Shown: positions 47,522 through 56,041, counted from the first letter of the stretch. The stretch is DNA of 64,000 nucleotides from Nitrospirae bacterium JdFR-86 (GCA_002011815.1 MTOV01000015.1:1405-65404), one strand, 5' to 3'. Made by a program: numbers and translations. The notes: generated from the sequence alone by a model not told the origin.

Positions 47522-48703
47522 ATGGGCGGTAATAACATGGGTTTGCAAAAAAAGACGAAGATAGCCTATCTTGACTGCTTCTCAGGCATAAGCGGGGATA
47601 TGTGCCTTGGTGCGCTCGTCAGTGCAGGCGTGCCTTTAAAGCATATAAAAAAAGAGCTTAAAAACCTTCCGATTGAAGGCTACAGCCTTGCAGAGAAAAA
47701 AGTTAAGCGCTCAGGGATTGAGGCGACAAAGATAGAAGTAAAGGTTGCGGACAGCCCTCCAAGGGCATGGAAGGACATCCGGAGGATAATTCAGAAATCC
47801 ACCCTTTCGCCTGATATCAAAGATAAGGGATTAAGGATATTTAAGAGCCTTTTTGAAGCCGAGGCAAAGGTGCACGGTGAGTCTTTTGATAAAATCCACC
47901 TCCATGAACTCGCAGCAGTAGACTGCCTTGTTGATGTGTTCGGCACGTTAATCGGCATTGAAGCCCTTGGAATTGAGGAAATATACTCCTCGCCTCTAAA
48001 CCTGGGAAGCGGGCAGGTGAAGTCGGCTCACGGCATGCTTCCAGTCCCTGCACCTGTAACCGTGGAGCTGTTAAAAGGCATCCCTGTGTATTCCGCAGAG
48101 ACTCCTCATGAGCTTACAACACCGACAGGCGCAGCCATCATCAGGGAGATTTCATCAGGCTTCGGCAATATTCCGATGATGCGGATAGACAAAACCGGAG
48201 CGGGCGCAGGCAGCAGGGATATAAAAGACAGACCAAACATATTGAGAATCTTTATCGGAGAGGGCAAGCCTTCAGAGCCAGCAATTACAGTAATCGAAAC
48301 CAATATAGATGACATGAACCCCCAGATTTACGAACACCTCATGGACAGGTTGTTCAAGGCAGGCGCACTGGATGTTTACCTCACACAGGTCATTATGAAG
48401 AAAGGAAGACCTGGCATAAAACTCACAGTGCTTTGCACAGATGACAAAAGACAGAAACTTATAGAGACGGTATTCAGGGAGACCACTACAATCGGCGTGA
48501 GATTCTTCAGGGCGGAAAGAACAGTCCTCGAAAGAAAGATAAAGGAGATAGATACAAAGTTCGGAAAGATAAGAGTAAAAGAGGCAAGGTTTGACGATGG
48601 AGTCAGGGCAACGCCTGAGTATGAAGACTGTAAGAAAGCGGCAAAAAGGCACAATGTGCCGCTCATCGAAGTAATCAGGCAGGTTAGAAAATCACTCGGC
48701 TAA
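47522..48703 (+). CDS. larC: LarC-family nickel insertion protein (DUF111)
   Basis: YLDCFSGISGDM N-terminal motif at family-typical length. The start may be the ATG at 47537. Confidence 0.8.
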   Translation: MGGNNMGLQKKTKIAYLDCFSGISGDMCLGALVSAGVPLKHIKKELKNLPIEGYSLAEKKVKRSGIEATKIEVKVADSPPRAWKDIRRIIQKSTLSPDIKDKGLRIFKSLFEAEAKVHGESFDKIHLHELAAVDCLVDVFGTLIGIEALGIEEIYSSPLNLGSGQVKSAHGMLPVPAPVTVELLKGIPVYSAETPHELTTPTGAAIIREISSGFGNIPMMRIDKTGAGAGSRDIKDRPNILRIFIGEGKPSEPAITVIETNIDDMNPQIYEHLMDRLFKAGALDVYLTQVIMKKGRPGIKLTVLCTDDKRQKLIETVFRETTTIGVRFFRAERTVLERKIKEIDTKFGKIRVKEARFDDGVRATPEYEDCKKAAKRHNVPLIEVIRQVRKSLG

Positions 48704-48707
48704 GGCA

Positions 48708-49589
48708 ATGGACATACATCAACTGAAGATATTTGTATCTGTCTTTAAGAATAAGAGCTTTTCAAAGGCATCTGAACAACTGCACCTTACACAGCCTACT
48801 GTAAGCGAACATATCAGGACACTTGAAGAGGAGCTTGACCTGAAACTCTTTGACAGGGCAGGAAGACTGGTAATCCCTACAAAAGAAGCCGAACTCCTTT
48901 ATCCCCGCGCCATGGAGATAATCGAGAAGGTCAAGGATATGAAGTCGGCTGTGGGAAGGTTTAAAGAGCAGGTAAGCGGGGAGCTGGTTATCGGGGCAAG
49001 CACCATCCCAGGCACATATATTATTCCGTCTCTGGCATCTAAATTCAAAAGAAAATATCCGGAGGTCTCCTTTCATGTAGTGATAGGTGACTCGAAAAGG
49101 ATAACCGAGATGGTCTTGAATCACGAGATACTTCTTGGCATTGTCGGTGCGAAGATGGACAAAGGCAGGGTGGAGTATGTTCCATTCGTAGAAGACGAGC
49201 TTGTGCTTGCCGCACTTCCGGGGCTTATTGCCAAGACAGTGATTGCTCCCGGAGAACTTGCCGGTATTCCGTTTTTGCTGAGGGAGGAAGGCTCTGGCAC
49301 AAGAAAGACAATGGAAAAACATCTCTCTGAAAAAGGAATCAGCCTTGATAATATGAATGTGGTCGCCGTTTTAGGCTCGACGGATTCTATAAAAGAGGCG
49401 GTTAAGTCAGGGCTTGGGGCTTCAATCCTGTCGAGACTTGCCATAAGGGAAGAACTGAAAGAAGGCAGGTTGAAAGAAATCAGAATAAGAGGGCTCAGCA
49501 TGAAAAGGAGCTTTTATATCATCACGCATAAAAGACGCACACTCCCGAAACAGTATCAGGCCTTTTTTGAATACCTGAAAAAGAAATAG
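48708..49589 (+). CDS. LysR-family transcriptional regulator
   Basis: N-terminal wHTH (FSKASEQLHLTQPTVSEHIRTLE) and a LysR substrate-binding domain. Confidence 0.9.
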   Translation: MDIHQLKIFVSVFKNKSFSKASEQLHLTQPTVSEHIRTLEEELDLKLFDRAGRLVIPTKEAELLYPRAMEIIEKVKDMKSAVGRFKEQVSGELVIGASTIPGTYIIPSLASKFKRKYPEVSFHVVIGDSKRITEMVLNHEILLGIVGAKMDKGRVEYVPFVEDELVLAALPGLIAKTVIAPGELAGIPFLLREEGSGTRKTMEKHLSEKGISLDNMNVVAVLGSTDSIKEAVKSGLGASILSRLAIREELKEGRLKEIRIRGLSMKRSFYIITHKRRTLPKQYQAFFEYLKKK

Positions 49590-49689
49590 ATTTTTCCTAT
49601 ATATTTCATTCATTTTATCAATATTAACTATTGGACTTGTTCTGGGGAGCTTGCCTAAAATTTTTTGATAAGTCTTTTGTTTTGAGCAA

Positions 49690-49784
49690 GAGGGGCATGG
49701 GGCTGGTGCCCCACCTGGTCTGCAAAACCAGGGGCAGGGTTGAGAGTCAGCCCTGGTGGGTTCGATTCCCACTGCCCTTCTCCA
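49690..49784 (+). tRNA. atypical tRNA with tRNA-Sec-like architecture, anticodon GCA and discriminator U
   Basis: Hand fold. 8-bp acceptor GAGGGGCA/TGCCCTTC. D arm TGGGGC-TGGT-GCCCCA. 6-bp anticodon stem CCTGGT/ACCAGG with loop CTGCAAA. 23-nt variable region forming about 9 bp. T arm GTGGG-TTCGATT-CCCAC, then T-CCA. Confidence 0.75.
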
Positions 49785-49813
49785 AGGAACAGTCAGTTTA
49801 AAAGAAGAGGTTG

Positions 49814-51751
49814 ATGCCGCATAAAAAGGTATTGTTTATTACCCCGTCCTACCATTGCGGGGTTGTGGAAGTAGCCGGTCATTGGATTCCCCTTCAATTC
49901 GTCTATCTTGGCGGCGCTGTCAGGGAAGCAGGTTTTGAGCCGATTGTTTACGATGCCATGACAAAGCGGCATAGCCTTGAGACAATAGCAAAAAAGATTG
50001 CAGATGTAAATCCGGATTATGTCGCTACCACGGCAATCACCGCAACAGTGCTTGATGCGCTGGAGGTTCTAAGGGTTGCAAAGGAGATAAATCCGGATAT
50101 CATCACCATTATTGGAGGGGTGCATCCTACTTTTCTTTATGACGAGGTTCTTGAGAACAAATATGTTGATTATGTTGTAAGAGGAGAGGGGGAGGAGACC
50201 ATTAAAGAGCTGCTTTTAGCTCTGGAAGGAGGCAGGGGACTTGACCGTGTAAGGGGGATAGCATACAGGAGCGGACGGCAGGTTATAACCACGTCAGCAA
50301 GGCCTTTTATTCAGGACTTGGACGGGCTTTCTCCTGCGTGGGACTTAATCGACTGGAAGGATTACAGGTATTTCGTCATACCCCGCAGCCGGCTTGGAGC
50401 GGTAAGCACCTCAAGAGGCTGCAGTCATAACTGCGCCTTTTGTTCACAGCAGAAGTTCTGGCATCAGTCGTGGCGGGGAAGGCAGCCAGAAAGTGTGGTT
50501 AAAGAGCTGGAACATTTAACCAGGACTTACGGGGTCAATGTCTTTTTAATCCCTGATGAGCATCCTACACAGGACAGGGAGCGGTGGGAAAGACTTCTTG
50601 ACCTGCTTATAGAAAGGGACTTGGGCATATATCTCCTGATGGAGACAAGGGCGGAAGACATCGTAAGGGACAGGGATATCCTGTACAAGTATAGGAAGGC
50701 AGGGGTTGTCCATATCTACATAGGGGTTGAGGCGACAAGGCAGGAGACGCTTGACCTTATAAAAAAAGACATGAAGGTGGAGACCGGAGCAGAGGCAATA
50801 AGGCTTATTCACGAGCACGGTATGATTACCGAGACGAGCTTTATCTTAGGCTTTCCGGACGAGACGAAAAAATCGATAAGAAACACCCTCAGGCTTTCCA
50901 AGTTTTACAATCCGGATTTCGCACATTTTCTTGCACTGGCTCCATGGCCCTATGCCGATATGTTCAAAGAGCTTGAACCTTATATCGCAGTAAGAGATTA
51001 CAGGAAATACAATCTTATCGAGCCTGTCATCAAGCCTGAAAAGATGAGTATCAAGGCTGTGGACAAGGCAATCATTGACTGCTACCAGAGCTTTTACATG
51101 AGCAAGCTCAAAGAGATACTGTCAATGGAGGATGCCTTTAAGAGAGGCTATCTGCTACGTTCCATGAAATTGATAATGAGCAGCTCGTTTATTGTAGACA
51201 AACTTGGCTCGCTCGGCAGGATTCCGCCTCAGGTCAACGCACTGCTTAATAAGCTGGAGAAGGAGAAAGTGGCGGATGAAGGCGTGCCGCAGGACTCGAT
51301 GTCAGAAGTATCAAGGTCTGTAAAGATCAATGCACCCTTGGGAAAAGTTTTTGAATATGTTGTAAACCCTTTAAACTGGCCCAGTTATGTTATGAGCCTC
51401 GTAAGCGTGAAGAACCTCTCCAACAAGGTTCCTGTATCAGGCACTACGTTTGAGTGGACATACAGAATGCTCGGCCTGAATCTAAAAGGCAAGGGCAGGG
51501 TGCTTGAATACGAAAAGGACAAAAAGTTTGCAGTAAAGATGCATGGTGCATTTCCAATAATAGAGACGTTTCTGTTTGAAGGAGACTCTAAGGCAACAAG
51601 ATTGACCATTAAAATCAACTATGAAGTTCCCGGCAAGGTGCTTGGTGTTTTAGCTGACAAACTTCTCATAGAGAAGATAAATGCGAAAGAGGCAGAGACC
51701 GTGCTTAAAAAAATAAAGATGATTTGTGAAAGCGAAAGTGCTACCATGTAA
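49814..51751 (+). CDS. B12-binding-domain radical SAM enzyme fused to a C-terminal SRPBCC (START/polyketide-cyclase-like) domain
   Basis: N-terminal cobalamin-binding-like Rossmann region. CSHNCAFC (CxxxCxxC) radical SAM cluster. The C-terminal about 150 aa (VSRSVKINAPLGKVFEYVVNPLNWPSY...) is SRPBCC-like. Confidence 0.75.
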   Translation: MPHKKVLFITPSYHCGVVEVAGHWIPLQFVYLGGAVREAGFEPIVYDAMTKRHSLETIAKKIADVNPDYVATTAITATVLDALEVLRVAKEINPDIITIIGGVHPTFLYDEVLENKYVDYVVRGEGEETIKELLLALEGGRGLDRVRGIAYRSGRQVITTSARPFIQDLDGLSPAWDLIDWKDYRYFVIPRSRLGAVSTSRGCSHNCAFCSQQKFWHQSWRGRQPESVVKELEHLTRTYGVNVFLIPDEHPTQDRERWERLLDLLIERDLGIYLLMETRAEDIVRDRDILYKYRKAGVVHIYIGVEATRQETLDLIKKDMKVETGAEAIRLIHEHGMITETSFILGFPDETKKSIRNTLRLSKFYNPDFAHFLALAPWPYADMFKELEPYIAVRDYRKYNLIEPVIKPEKMSIKAVDKAIIDCYQSFYMSKLKEILSMEDAFKRGYLLRSMKLIMSSSFIVDKLGSLGRIPPQVNALLNKLEKEKVADEGVPQDSMSEVSRSVKINAPLGKVFEYVVNPLNWPSYVMSLVSVKNLSNKVPVSGTTFEWTYRMLGLNLKGKGRVLEYEKDKKFAVKMHGAFPIIETFLFEGDSKATRLTIKINYEVPGKVLGVLADKLLIEKINAKEAETVLKKIKMICESESATM

Positions 51752-51777
51752 ACCGAAAACCGTCATGGAGGTGGAAC

Positions 51778-52404
51778 GTGGAGCCGAAAAACCTGGATGT
51801 AAGAGGGCTTAAGTGTCCTGAGCCTCTAAAGAGGACTCAGGAGGAACTGGAATCAATAAAAGAAGGCGTTTTAGTTGTTCTTGCCGAAAGTCCTGCAAAT
51901 TTGAGCATAGAGAGGTTTTCAAGGAAGTCAGGGTTTAGGATCGAAAGCACCAAGCGCGAGGGCTACCACGAGCTTAAGATAATAAAGACTCCTCACAGCA
52001 AGCCGAAAAAAGAAGGCATCCTGCAGAGGCTTATGCGGTTTGTGAAGAGAAACAAACAGGTTGAGGGGTTGAATGATACGATGGTTGTGGTCTCAACGAA
52101 TGTGTTTGGAAGACACGAGGACATAGGCAGGGTGCTCATGAAAGGGTTTTTTGAGACGATGAAGGTTATGGGTGACATACCGGCTGTCATGTTTTTCATG
52201 AACTCAGGGGTTTTGCTTACTACAACGGATGAGGAGATAATTCCCCTGCTTAAAGAATTTGAGTCCGAGGGCGTGGAGATATACTCCTGCAGCACCTGTC
52301 TTAAGCACTTTAATCTTGAGGAAAGTCTAAAGGTCGGACAGGCAGGAGGCATGGCAGTGCTTACCGACGGAATGAGAACATATAAGAAAATTGTAACTAT
52401 ATAA
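51778..52404 (+). CDS. yedF: YedF-type selenium-metabolism protein (TusA/SirA-like N-domain + DsrE-like C-domain), copy 1
   Basis: GTG start after GGAGGTGG. The motif is GLKCPEP (CPxP) and the C-terminal motif is YSCSTCLKHF. Confidence 0.7.
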   Translation: MEPKNLDVRGLKCPEPLKRTQEELESIKEGVLVVLAESPANLSIERFSRKSGFRIESTKREGYHELKIIKTPHSKPKKEGILQRLMRFVKRNKQVEGLNDTMVVVSTNVFGRHEDIGRVLMKGFFETMKVMGDIPAVMFFMNSGVLLTTTDEEIIPLLKEFESEGVEIYSCSTCLKHFNLEESLKVGQAGGMAVLTDGMRTYKKIVTI

Positions 52405-52418
52405 GAGGTGTTGTTCTG

Positions 52419-53003
52419 ATGGTTATTGATGCACGGGGTCAGGCGTGCCCCAAGCCTGTGATGATGGCTGAAGAGGCGGTCTCTAAAATCGGAGAGGGCA
52501 TAGTCGAAGTACTCGTTGACAACGAAGCCTCGGTCAAAAACCTTTCGAGATTTGCAAAAAACAATGCCCTGTATGCAGAGACCGAAAAGGTAGATGACTA
52601 CTGGAAAGTCAAGATTGTCAAAGGCTATCCCTGCGAGATTGCAGAGGAAGAAGAAAAACCGTTGGTGGACAAAGGGGTTTTTCTTATCATCGGCACTGAT
52701 GTGATGGGCAAGGACGAAGACATCGGAAGGGTGCTCATGAAAGGCTTCTTTGAGACCATGAAGGTGACAAAGGAACTGCCGCAGTCCATATTCTTTTTGA
52801 ACAAAGGAGTGATGCTGACTACAACAGACACCGAAATTATTCCTGTACTCAAGGAGCTTGAGTACATGGGTGTTGAGATATACTCCTGCGGCACGTGTCT
52901 TAAGCACTACGGGCTTGAATCAGAGCTTAAAGTAGGCCACCGGGGCACGACAAATCACATAATTGAAGGGCTGAAAGAGTTTAAAAAGGTCGTATGGATT
53001 TAA
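52419..53003 (+). CDS. yedF: YedF-type selenium-metabolism protein, copy 2
   Basis: ARGQACPKPV (CPxP), GRVLMKGFFETMKV identical to copy 1, and YSCGTCLKHY. Confidence 0.75.
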   Translation: MVIDARGQACPKPVMMAEEAVSKIGEGIVEVLVDNEASVKNLSRFAKNNALYAETEKVDDYWKVKIVKGYPCEIAEEEEKPLVDKGVFLIIGTDVMGKDEDIGRVLMKGFFETMKVTKELPQSIFFLNKGVMLTTTDTEIIPVLKELEYMGVEIYSCGTCLKHYGLESELKVGHRGTTNHIIEGLKEFKKVVWI

Positions 53004-53120
53004 GGGCATATCCTGAAATCTGAAGCTTGTACCCTGCGGGATCCTCTCCGGCTTTTTCTGCATTAATAATTCTGGTATGTTAAAATGTATAAAAATTTTT
53101 TGTAAAGGAAGGTATCGGCT

Positions 53121-53906
53121 ATGTTTAACATGAAGGTAGTTCAACCCACGAGGCTTGACCCTGACACAAGGTTCAAGTTCAGATGTCATAAAGCGATTAA
53201 ATGTTTTACGCGTTGCTGCAGCAACATAGATATAATGCTTACGCCTTATGATGTCTTGAGGATGAAGAACAGGCTGGGGATTACATCAGAGGAGTTTCTT
53301 GACAAATACACAATAATGCGCATTGACCAGAAGTCTTCGCATCCTTATGCCTATCTCAGGATGGGGGATGATGCAGAGCGGAGGTGTCCGTTTGTCGTTG
53401 TGCCTGACGGCTGCACTATCTATTCTGACCGCCCTGTAAGCTGCAGATACTATCCGATAGGACAGGCTACTTTAAAGAAGCGTGAGAAAGGGGGCATTGT
53501 TCACGAAGAGTTTTATTTTTTTATAAGGGAAGAGCACTGCCTTGGCTATCAGGAAGACACAGAGTGGACCATAGAGTCATGGAGGGACGACCAGGGTGCA
53601 TTGCACTATGATGAGATGAACAGAGAGTGGAAAGAGCTTTTGATGAGGAGAAACCTTCCGGGACAGCCTGAGCTTGACCCGAAGAAGCAGACCCAGTTCT
53701 TCATGGCAAGCTATGACCTTGACCGGTTCAGAAGGTATATATTTGAAAGCAGGTTTCTTGAGTTGTTCGAGGTTGACGAGGATGAAGTCGAGAAGATGAG
53801 GCAGGATGAAGTCGCACTTATGAAGTTCGGGTTTAAGTATCTGAAGTATCTTATGATGATGGAGCAGACGCTGAAGCTGAAGGACGGGGTGCTGCCTAAG
53901 CAGTAA
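53121..53906 (+). CDS. YkgJ/UPF0153-type cysteine-cluster (CxxCxxCC) protein
   Basis: FRCHKAIKCFTRCC motif plus CPF...DGCTIY...RPVSCRYYP. Confidence 0.65.
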   Translation: MFNMKVVQPTRLDPDTRFKFRCHKAIKCFTRCCSNIDIMLTPYDVLRMKNRLGITSEEFLDKYTIMRIDQKSSHPYAYLRMGDDAERRCPFVVVPDGCTIYSDRPVSCRYYPIGQATLKKREKGGIVHEEFYFFIREEHCLGYQEDTEWTIESWRDDQGALHYDEMNREWKELLMRRNLPGQPELDPKKQTQFFMASYDLDRFRRYIFESRFLELFEVDEDEVEKMRQDEVALMKFGFKYLKYLMMMEQTLKLKDGVLPKQ

Positions 53907-54255
53907 TATCTAACTGGCTTTTAAGCCATTTCTCCAGTTCTTCGTCAATTGGATACATGTCCGCAATGGGTTTGACACCTTCTTTTTTGACCGCATTCAG
54001 GAGCAACTCCTGTGGAACGTCAACGATTTCGCCTATGGTTTTACTTGTCAGGTTGTAGGTTTTCATCACCATAAGGCTGGCGGTGTCATCTACATAGTCT
54101 ATATAGAACATGAAGCCCTGTGTTTCCTTTATGAGGTCGCGGTCTTTTTCAGAGTGCACAAATCTTGGTTTAAAGAGGTCTTGGGGAGTTACGTCCCACC
54201 TCAGGTGCTTCATAAAGACTTTGTTTTTCTTAAGCCTTGAGAGTTTGAGACGCAT
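53896..54255 (-). CDS. hypothetical protein
   Basis: 119-aa ORF with host-like composition, translationally close to the upstream 54262-54609 ORF. I recognised no motif. Confidence 0.4.
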   Translation of the reverse strand: MRLKLSRLKKNKVFMKHLRWDVTPQDLFKPRFVHSEKDRDLIKETQGFMFYIDYVDDTASLMVMKTYNLTSKTIGEIVDVPQELLLNAVKKEGVKPIADMYPIDEELEKWLKSQLDITA

Positions 54256-54261
54256 TTCTTC

Positions 54262-54609
54262 TTAAGCGTTTCCTATCTTACCGAGTGAAGATTTATATGC
54301 CTCGATTGCACTTTGCTCAACATCTTTCAGCATCTCCTCTTTTGCCCTTTCCAGCCGTTTTAGCGGCAGTCTCAGGGTTCTGGCCACTTTTTCCAGTGGT
54401 TTTTTCTCGCTGAAGTGCATCTCTGCAATCAAGACTTTCAATGCGTCATCGAGGATTGAATTTCTCAGCACCTCGTCTTCTATATCAATAAGTGCTGCTG
54501 CCTGCTCAAAAGAAAGCGACTGTTTAACCGCATTTCTAATCTTATTAACAGACTCTTCGTAAAGTTTGTCCTCTTCCGAGGCGGCTTCATCATACCATGG
54601 TTTTTCCAT
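54262..54609 (-). CDS. hypothetical acidic helical protein
   Basis: 115-aa ORF, predicted all-helical. Separated from atpE by a strong terminator. Confidence 0.4.
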   Translation of the reverse strand: MEKPWYDEAASEEDKLYEESVNKIRNAVKQSLSFEQAAALIDIEDEVLRNSILDDALKVLIAEMHFSEKKPLEKVARTLRLPLKRLERAKEEMLKDVEQSAIEAYKSSLGKIGNA

Positions 54610-54645
54610 TATTTTATTTTAACACCAACTCTTAATAAGATGAAA

Positions 54646-54667
54646 GGGCAGGGCATACGCCCTGCCC
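54646..54667 (-). terminator. rho-independent terminator after atpE
   Basis: GGGCAGGGC-atac-GCCCTGCCC, a 9-bp GC stem flanked by A/T runs on both sides. Confidence 0.8.
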
Positions 54668-54683
54668 TTTAAGGCGGAGTAAT

Positions 54684-55034
54684 TTAAATCTTGAAAGGAT
54701 TTGCGAATAAAACGATCAAAACCACGACGAGGGCGTAAATGCAAAGAGACTCAATCATCGCCAAGCCGACGATGAGAGTTGTCATGATTTTGCCGGATAC
54801 TCCTGGGTTTCTGGCTACGCCTTCGCATGCCCTACCAAGACCGAGGCCCTGCCCTATACCTGTGCCGAGTGCAGCAAAGCCTATACCGATACCGCAGCCT
54901 ATAACAGCCATGGCATAATAGCTAAGCTTTGCATCCGTTAATTCTGCCGCAGCCTCCTCTGTAGCAAATGCAAGAGGTGCCAGTACCCAGAGCATAATCA
55001 GTGAGAGAATAACAACTGCCAGTGCTTTTCTCAT
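54684..55034 (-). CDS. atpE: F0 ATP synthase subunit c with N-terminal signal-peptide-like extension
   Basis: [19 protein letters not shown] loop, ion-binding MIESLCIY helix, and N-terminal [24 protein letters not shown]. Confidence 0.9.
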   Translation of the reverse strand: MRKALAVVILSLIMLWVLAPLAFATEEAAAELTDAKLSYYAMAVIGCGIGIGFAALGTGIGQGLGLGRACEGVARNPGVSGKIMTTLIVGLAMIESLCIYALVVVLIVLFANPFKI

Positions 55035-55063
55035 TACTCCTTCCTCCTTTCTTAGTAAAATTC

Positions 55064-55747
55064 TCAGTGCGCCTCTTCAACAGCGCCTGCAAGATAAAGG
55101 GTCGCCAAAAGGGCGAAAACAAATGCCTGAACTAAACCGACGAGAACACCGAGTATCAGAATAGCCGTCGGAACGATAATAGGTGTCAGAATGCCTAAGA
55201 CAATAAGTATTATATGTTTTGCAATCATGTTACCAAAAAGCCTGACGGACAGGGTGACAGGTCTTGCAAGATGCCCTATCACTTCCACGAAGAACATCAG
55301 AATCATCAGCGGCAGTGCGGCAAGAGAACGCATCGGACCGAGGAAGTGTTTTATGTAGCCAAGCTTGTGAACTCTAATTCCATAAACGTGTGTTGCGAAA
55401 AACACAGGCACTGCCATCGAAGCCGTCATATTCAGATTGCTTGTCGGTGATGCAAAGCCTGGAACAAGCCCCATGAAGTTGCAAAGAAGGATGTACATGA
55501 AGATTGTGGCTATCAGGGGGAAGAATGTCCTTCCCCAGTGATGCCCGATGTTTTCCTCCGCCAGATTGAGCATTGCCTCTACTATTACCTCAAAGACGTT
55601 TTGCGTGCCTTTTGGAACGAGCTTGATAGAGCCTCTTATGATAATGGAAACGGCTATGAGGATTATAGACGCCAGGAATGCATAGGAAACGTAGTGAGGC
55701 ACTACTTCCGGATTAATAATTAAATCCATTAATGCTGACTCGTGCAT
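55064..55747 (-). CDS. atpB: F0 ATP synthase subunit a
   Basis: Conserved LSVRLFGNM arginine helix; polytopic; adjacent to atpE. Confidence 0.9.
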   Translation of the reverse strand: MHESALMDLIINPEVVPHYVSYAFLASIILIAVSIIIRGSIKLVPKGTQNVFEVIVEAMLNLAEENIGHHWGRTFFPLIATIFMYILLCNFMGLVPGFASPTSNLNMTASMAVPVFFATHVYGIRVHKLGYIKHFLGPMRSLAALPLMILMFFVEVIGHLARPVTLSVRLFGNMIAKHIILIVLGILTPIIVPTAILILGVLVGLVQAFVFALLATLYLAGAVEEAH

Positions 55748-55935
55748 GTATGCCTCCTCGAATGAAAATTACACTATGTTACTTAAGATACCTATTAATG
55801 TCAAGAAATTGTCTTATAAAAAAAACAAATAGAGGGTACAGCCCTTTATTTTCTTTTAAATCAGAGACTGCCATACAAATTCAAATTTTAAAAGGCGCTT
55901 ATGCCTTTTTTCTTTTATGTCCGCTTCCTGAGATA

Positions 55936-55986
55936 TGGGGCTCTGCCCCAAGCCCATTGCTACTTTTTGCTCGCCCAAAAAGTAGC
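55936..55986. other. pair of strong hairpins in a non-coding region
   Basis: TGGGGC-tct-GCCCCA (55936-55950) and GCTACTTTTT-gctcgccc-AAAAAGTAGC (55959-55986). Confidence 0.5.
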
Positions 55987-56041
55987 GCAAAAAGGGCGCC
56001 CTGTGAAAATTTCCGGGCGGCTTACTCGCTCTGCCTCCGGT

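Noticed and set aside
51993-52907. 304-aa minus-strand ORF antisense to both yedF genes. Similar long antisense ORFs occur at 13745-14278, 48762-49322, 8695-9135 and 20150-20467.
   Set aside because: These are shadow ORFs opposite well-supported genes. They have odd Cys/His/Phe-rich compositions and no motifs.
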